DNA of 64,000 bases from NCBI GenBank assembly GCA_046047235.1, contig JBJOII010000011.1:11993-75992 (forward strand), read 5' to 3'. The position numbers and the translations under genes were made by a program. Origin of the DNA: Verrucomicrobiota bacterium. Its GTDB lineage: Bacteria > Verrucomicrobiota > Verrucomicrobiia > Limisphaerales > JAHDYP01. The notes below the pieces were generated by a model that did not search any database, was not told the DNA's origin, and saw only the letters and a program-made list of their open reading frames with translations. Positions 60,110 to 64,000 of this stretch are shown in pieces (position 1 is the first letter of the stretch; each line of letters begins with the position of its first letter).

Positions 60110-60555
60110 CCCCCAACCCGCTGCAACTCCAACGTCTGGCCCGCACGCTCAACTAACTCCACTAACGCCCCCGGCGTAAAAGGCTTCGCCAAATAATCCG
60201 TCACGTGTTCCGCCAGCCCCCCCACCCCATCAGGAACCTCCCCCTCCATCAATGAACCAGTCAACATGCAAACCGCCATCCCCTCATTCCAACCATTCTC
60301 CACTATCGTCCTCAATACCTCCCACCCACTCACACTCCCCAAATTCAAATCCAGTAAAATCACCCCGCGAAACCCTCCCCGCACCGCCTCCAAACACGCC
60401 TCACCACTCTCCCTCCCCTCCACCGCATACCCCTGACGCTTCAATAACGTCACAACCAAATTCCGGATCGGTGCCTCGTCCTCCACCACCATCACCCCAG
60501 GTCGCCTCACGGTTTTATCTTGTTGTTCGCCCAGCATTTGCCCTTCTCTTTCCAT
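60106..60555 (-). CDS. Single-domain response regulator
   Basis: VMVVEDE, ILLDLNL, CMLTG, DYLAKPF. Start 60537 or 60555. Confidence 0.85.
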   Translation of the reverse strand: MEREGQMLGEQQDKTVRRPGVMVVEDEAPIRNLVVTLLKRQGYAVEGRESGEACLEAVRGGFRGVILLDLNLGSVSGWEVLRTIVENGWNEGMAVCMLTGSLMEGEVPDGVGGLAEHVTDYLAKPFTPGALVELVERAGQTLELQRVGG

Positions 60556-60634
60556 GTAGGCTCCGTAACACCTAAGACAGCTATCGGACAATACGCCACC
60601 CGTCTTAAGCAGCCACCCCACACTCCCAACTACC

Positions 60635-61654
60635 ATGCGTAATCCCATGCAAGCGTTGTACTTATTTCTCCTGACTCTCCTCACCCAAATCACCCTCGCA
60701 CAACCCTCCCCAAAGATCATCCTCGATGTCGATGCCGCCGAAGATGTCGACGACATCGGCGCCATCGCAACCCTCCACGCCCTCGCCAATCAGAACGAAG
60801 CCGAAATCCTCGGCATCCTCATCTCCTCCAATAACGAATGGGTCGGCCCCTGCGTCGACGCCATCAATACCTACTACGGTCGCCCCAACCTCCCCATCGG
60901 CTACCAATCCGAACACCAATACGGCTACCTCAATACCCACGACCCCCACCGCCCCACACCCTCACGCTATGCCGAACGCGTCGCCAAAGAATTCCCCCAT
61001 GACCTGAACCAAAGTAGCGATGCCCCCAACGCCACCACTCTCTGCCGACAACTCCTCGCCAATCAACCCGACCACAGTGTCACCATAGTCACCGTCGGAT
61101 TCCTCACCAACCTCCGCACCCTCCTTAACTCCCCACCCGACAACATCAGCCCCCTCAACGGTGAATCGCTCGTCACCCAAAAAGTCCTCCGCTGGGTCTG
61201 CATGGGCGGCATCTTCCCCGAAGGCCGCTTCGCCAACGGCGGCGGAGAATACAACGTCATGTACGATACCATCGCCTCCGTCCGCGCCATCAATGACTGG
61301 CCCACACCCATCCTCTTCAGCGGATTCAAAATCGGCGCAGCCATCAAAACCGGCAGCCGACTCAAGAACACCCCCGAATCGAACCCCGTCCGCGCCTGCT
61401 ACCTCCACTACAATAACCTCAGCCCACGCGAATCCTGGGACCAAACCGCCGTCCTCTGCGCCGTCCGCGGCCACTCCCCCTACTGGTCCCTCTCCGAACC
61501 CGGCCGCTGCCTCATGCACGCCGCCACCCCCCACGGCTACACAGAATGGATCCCCTCCCCCACGCAACCCCACCACTACCTCACACCAAAACTACCCCCC
61601 GAAAACCTCGCCCAAATCATCGAGGACCTCATGACCCAACCCCCCTCCCCCTAA
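60635..61654 (+). CDS. Secreted nucleoside-hydrolase (IU-NH) family protein
   Basis: Signal peptide; IILDVDAAEDVDD (DxDxxxDD), TVGFLTNL, CMGG, EYN, SWD. Confidence 0.85.
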   Translation: MRNPMQALYLFLLTLLTQITLAQPSPKIILDVDAAEDVDDIGAIATLHALANQNEAEILGILISSNNEWVGPCVDAINTYYGRPNLPIGYQSEHQYGYLNTHDPHRPTPSRYAERVAKEFPHDLNQSSDAPNATTLCRQLLANQPDHSVTIVTVGFLTNLRTLLNSPPDNISPLNGESLVTQKVLRWVCMGGIFPEGRFANGGGEYNVMYDTIASVRAINDWPTPILFSGFKIGAAIKTGSRLKNTPESNPVRACYLHYNNLSPRESWDQTAVLCAVRGHSPYWSLSEPGRCLMHAATPHGYTEWIPSPTQPHHYLTPKLPPENLAQIIEDLMTQPPSP

Positions 61655-61660
61655 CCCCCG

Positions 61661-61836
61661 CTCCCATCTCCCATCTCCGATCTCCGATATCCCATCTCCG
61701 ATATCCCATATCCCCGCGGTTCGCAGCGTGCAGAAATCCCCCCTCAGCGCTCACCCTCTTCACTATGCGCTTCCCGCTTGGCACCTCGCGCGCAGCGCCT
61801 GTCCCCTAGCTCCCAGCTACTAGCTACCAGCTCCCA
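61661..61836. repeat. Heptamer arrays: (C/A)TCC(C/G)AT x~8 and a CAGCTCC/TAGCTAC block
   Basis: 61795-61836 nearly duplicates 56530-56570 (GCGCCTGTCCCC.AGCTCCCAGCT.CTAGCT.CCAGCTCCC). Confidence 0.85.
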
Positions 61837-61863
61837 CGCCGCGCCTCTCCCACTCTCTCCCCT

Positions 61864-62832
61864 CTACTCTCTCCCCTCTCTCTGCGGCGCCGCGCCACTC
61901 GCCGCAGGCGCGCTCGGATACAGCCCCGGACAACACCCATACTGCTCACGAAATGCCACAGTGAAATGACTCAGGCTGCTGTAACCCACCTCCATCGCCG
62001 CCTCAGTCACGTTGCACTTCCCGCTGCGTAACAAATCCGCCGCCCGCTCCAAACGCGCCTGCCGCAAAAATTGCTGAATCGTCTTCCCCGTCGCTTCAGA
62101 AAACTGCCGACTCAAATGAAACGGACTACACCCCACCATCTGCCCCAACTCCTTCAAGGAAGGCGGATTCTCAAGCCTTCCCAATAGAATCTCCCGCACC
62201 CGAGCCGCCCGCTCACAACGTGCCCTCTGCTGCCGCGTGCAAAATAACTCCTCCCCCTCCGGCGCCTGGAAAAATGTCTGCGCCGCCAACTCCAGGGCCT
62301 TGCAGCGAAACCACGTCTCGTGCGCCGACTTGAAAACCGGACAGCTCCGCAAACTCTCCACCAACTGCATCATCCCCGCGCGCATCGGCTGAGGCTCCGC
62401 CACCACCGAAACACCCTCACCACCACCCTCAATCGCCCCCCGCACACAGGGATGCAACTGAGCCCCCTCTCCCCCCAAATGCTCCTTCAGAAACCCGGGC
62501 GCATACTCCACCGTAATAAACCGATGCCGCTCCCCCTTCACCCGCTCCCCCCTCAACGGAGGCTCCCCCTGCCGGTAAAATACGCTGCTCCTCGCCCCAA
62601 CCTCGACCCTCGCGTCTCCCTCGCTCAGTACTCCTCTCCCCTCCAAATTCAAACACAACTCCACGCCCCCGGGATGAAAACTCCGCGCCCAGTCAATCCG
62701 CTCCGATACCGAGAAATCATGCCACTCAAAACAAAAACCCAAATTCCGATACCCCCCAAATAACGGACGCCACCCGCCCCGCGTCGCTCGCCAGGCCGGC
62801 GCCTCGCTAAATGGCTCCCCCTGCTTGATCAC
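61864..62832 (-). CDS. AraC family transcriptional regulator
   Basis: PPSLKELG..VGCSPFHLSRQF, RLERAADLL, NVTEAAMEVGYSSLSHF..AF. Start uncertain (GTG 62832). Confidence 0.9.
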   Translation of the reverse strand: MIKQGEPFSEAPAWRATRGGWRPLFGGYRNLGFCFEWHDFSVSERIDWARSFHPGGVELCLNLEGRGVLSEGDARVEVGARSSVFYRQGEPPLRGERVKGERHRFITVEYAPGFLKEHLGGEGAQLHPCVRGAIEGGGEGVSVVAEPQPMRAGMMQLVESLRSCPVFKSAHETWFRCKALELAAQTFFQAPEGEELFCTRQQRARCERAARVREILLGRLENPPSLKELGQMVGCSPFHLSRQFSEATGKTIQQFLRQARLERAADLLRSGKCNVTEAAMEVGYSSLSHFTVAFREQYGCCPGLYPSAPAASGAAPQREGRE

Positions 62833-62944
62833 CTTCTCTTCCAAATCATCTGCTTTCTTTAAACATCCCAACCAGCCCGCAACCATACCCCACCACCACC
62901 ACGACGCAACACCTCGCATGTCACCCCCCACTAACCAAGCCCAC

Positions 62945-62974
62945 AAAACAGGGGCCGGGATCTCTCCCGGCCCC
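62945..62974 (-). terminator. Rho-independent terminator after the 63003.. gene
   Basis: GGGGCCGGGA-TCTC-TCCCGGCCCC 10-bp stem, followed by TGTTTT on the minus strand. Confidence 0.75.
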
Positions 62975-63002
62975 TCAAACCAGATGCCACCACCGTCGCA
63001 CT

Positions 63003-64000
63003 CTACTGGCGCAACCGATAAAATCCCGCCACCCCCTCCGGCGTCACGGTATACGAATTGGCACCCTGCGTGTCCACTGCCTGCCAGACGGTACCACCCA
63101 GATCAGAACTCACCTCCAAGACATACCCCACTGCCTCAGCCGGCCAAGACAAGGTGATGCTCCCACCCGTAACACCAGTGCTCAACACCGGCGCATCCGC
63201 CACCGGCGGAATCGAATACAACCCGAAGTCGTCCACGCCAAAATACCAGCTGTCCGTCCCCGCATGCGCAAAACGAAAGCGAACCCGGGACTGACTATCA
63301 GCCTCATCCAAACGGAATAGCTCCACCCGCTTCGATTCAGCCGCGTCATCATTCACCCGCACACTAATGTAGGGCGCCAACGCCGCGCTGATCGGCGCCG
63401 CAATGAAATCCCCATAACGCCCGCCAATCTCACCCCCCAAATCCGGATCAAAATAAAACGCCACATCCGCGTGATCCGCATTAAAGGTCGCCTCCGCATC
63501 CACATTGCCGTCCAAATCCAAAACCACGTCCGGACCGTCCAGCATATACACCACCGGCAGCCAACTCACACCCCCATCAATGGAATACTCCACCGCACCC
63601 ATGCTGTCCTGGTTCTGCTCCCACAAGGAGTGATACGACACATGCACATCCGTCTGTCCGCTCAGGTCATAATCCGGCGTATACAAATACATCACCTGAC
63701 TCTGTCCCTGACGATATCCCGAATCGCTGAACACCATCTGCCCGCTCGCCAAAGGCCCCTCCAACACCACACCATTCACCACATTCAGGCTGTTCGGCGT
63801 CAAAACCCGCTGGTAGTCCGTCATCAGGTTGCCGTCACTATACCCCTCCAACTCACCCGCAAACCGATCCACCCCCACCACCACCCACGTCGCATAGGAA
63901 GCCGAATCCAGGTTCCCCAGGTTGAACAACGGATTCACAATCTCCGTAAAACTCTCCTCCGTCCAACCCGCCGGCAGCCCGCCTTCCGCCACACCATCAA
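63003..64000 (-). CDS. C-terminal part of a large secreted protein with an FYRL-type tail (5' end outside the window)
   Basis: Jelly-roll-like VEYSIDGGVSW...VRFRF..SWYFGVDD segment; C-terminus LSW..GYVLEVSSDL..W..FYRL. Confidence 0.7.
   Translation of the reverse strand, partial: DGVAEGGLPAGWTEESFTEIVNPLFNLGNLDSASYATWVVVGVDRFAGELEGYSDGNLMTDYQRVLTPNSLNVVNGVVLEGPLASGQMVFSDSGYRQGQSQVMYLYTPDYDLSGQTDVHVSYHSLWEQNQDSMGAVEYSIDGGVSWLPVVYMLDGPDVVLDLDGNVDAEATFNADHADVAFYFDPDLGGEIGGRYGDFIAAPISAALAPYISVRVNDDAAESKRVELFRLDEADSQSRVRFRFAHAGTDSWYFGVDDFGLYSIPPVADAPVLSTGVTGGSITLSWPAEAVGYVLEVSSDLGGTVWQAVDTQGANSYTVTPEGVAGFYRLRQ

Noticed and set aside
1..64000. tRNA, rRNA, prophage, IS or defence island
   Set aside because: No cloverleaf, rRNA, integrase, transposase or nuclease/NTPase defence signatures were recognised by eye; tRNAscan, Infernal and DefenseFinder were not run.

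Overview
Gene-dense bacterial chromosomal window, most likely from a PVC-superphylum organism (Verrucomicrobiota-like). This is inferred from the DUF1501/PSD1-cytochrome c pair, the lamin-tail/CotH protein and the 'FYRL'-type C-termini. About 47 plausible CDSs were found; no rRNA, tRNA, CRISPR array, transposase or integrase was recognised. Recognisable content: an MMPL/HpnN + OMP + MlaEFD lipid-transport operon, yebC, aroC, tamB-tamA, rluA-like, ppiD-like, galM/glgC-like/glgM, crcB-DUF190, exbB-exbD-tonB-like, dUTPase-hpt, guaB and ribF. Most notable observations: (1) a tightly coupled signalling operon (33.8-42.1 kb) with an orphan PilB/GspE ATPase embedded among a hybrid kinase, CheY-like receivers, a 58-aa protein carrying a FliM-N-like motif and a stand-alone CheB; (2) an ABC-2 permease with a complete HlyD-type membrane-fusion domain inserted in it; (3) an in-frame fusion of a truncated beta-hydroxyacid dehydrogenase to a truncated lactate permease; (4) an ExbBD motor lacking canonical proton-path residues, coupled to a membrane-anchored zinc ribbon; (5) extreme C>>G strand skew regardless of gene orientation; (6) modular 6-, 7-, 10- and 33-bp intergenic repeat blocks. 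All calls come from motif recognition by eye; no database searches were run.
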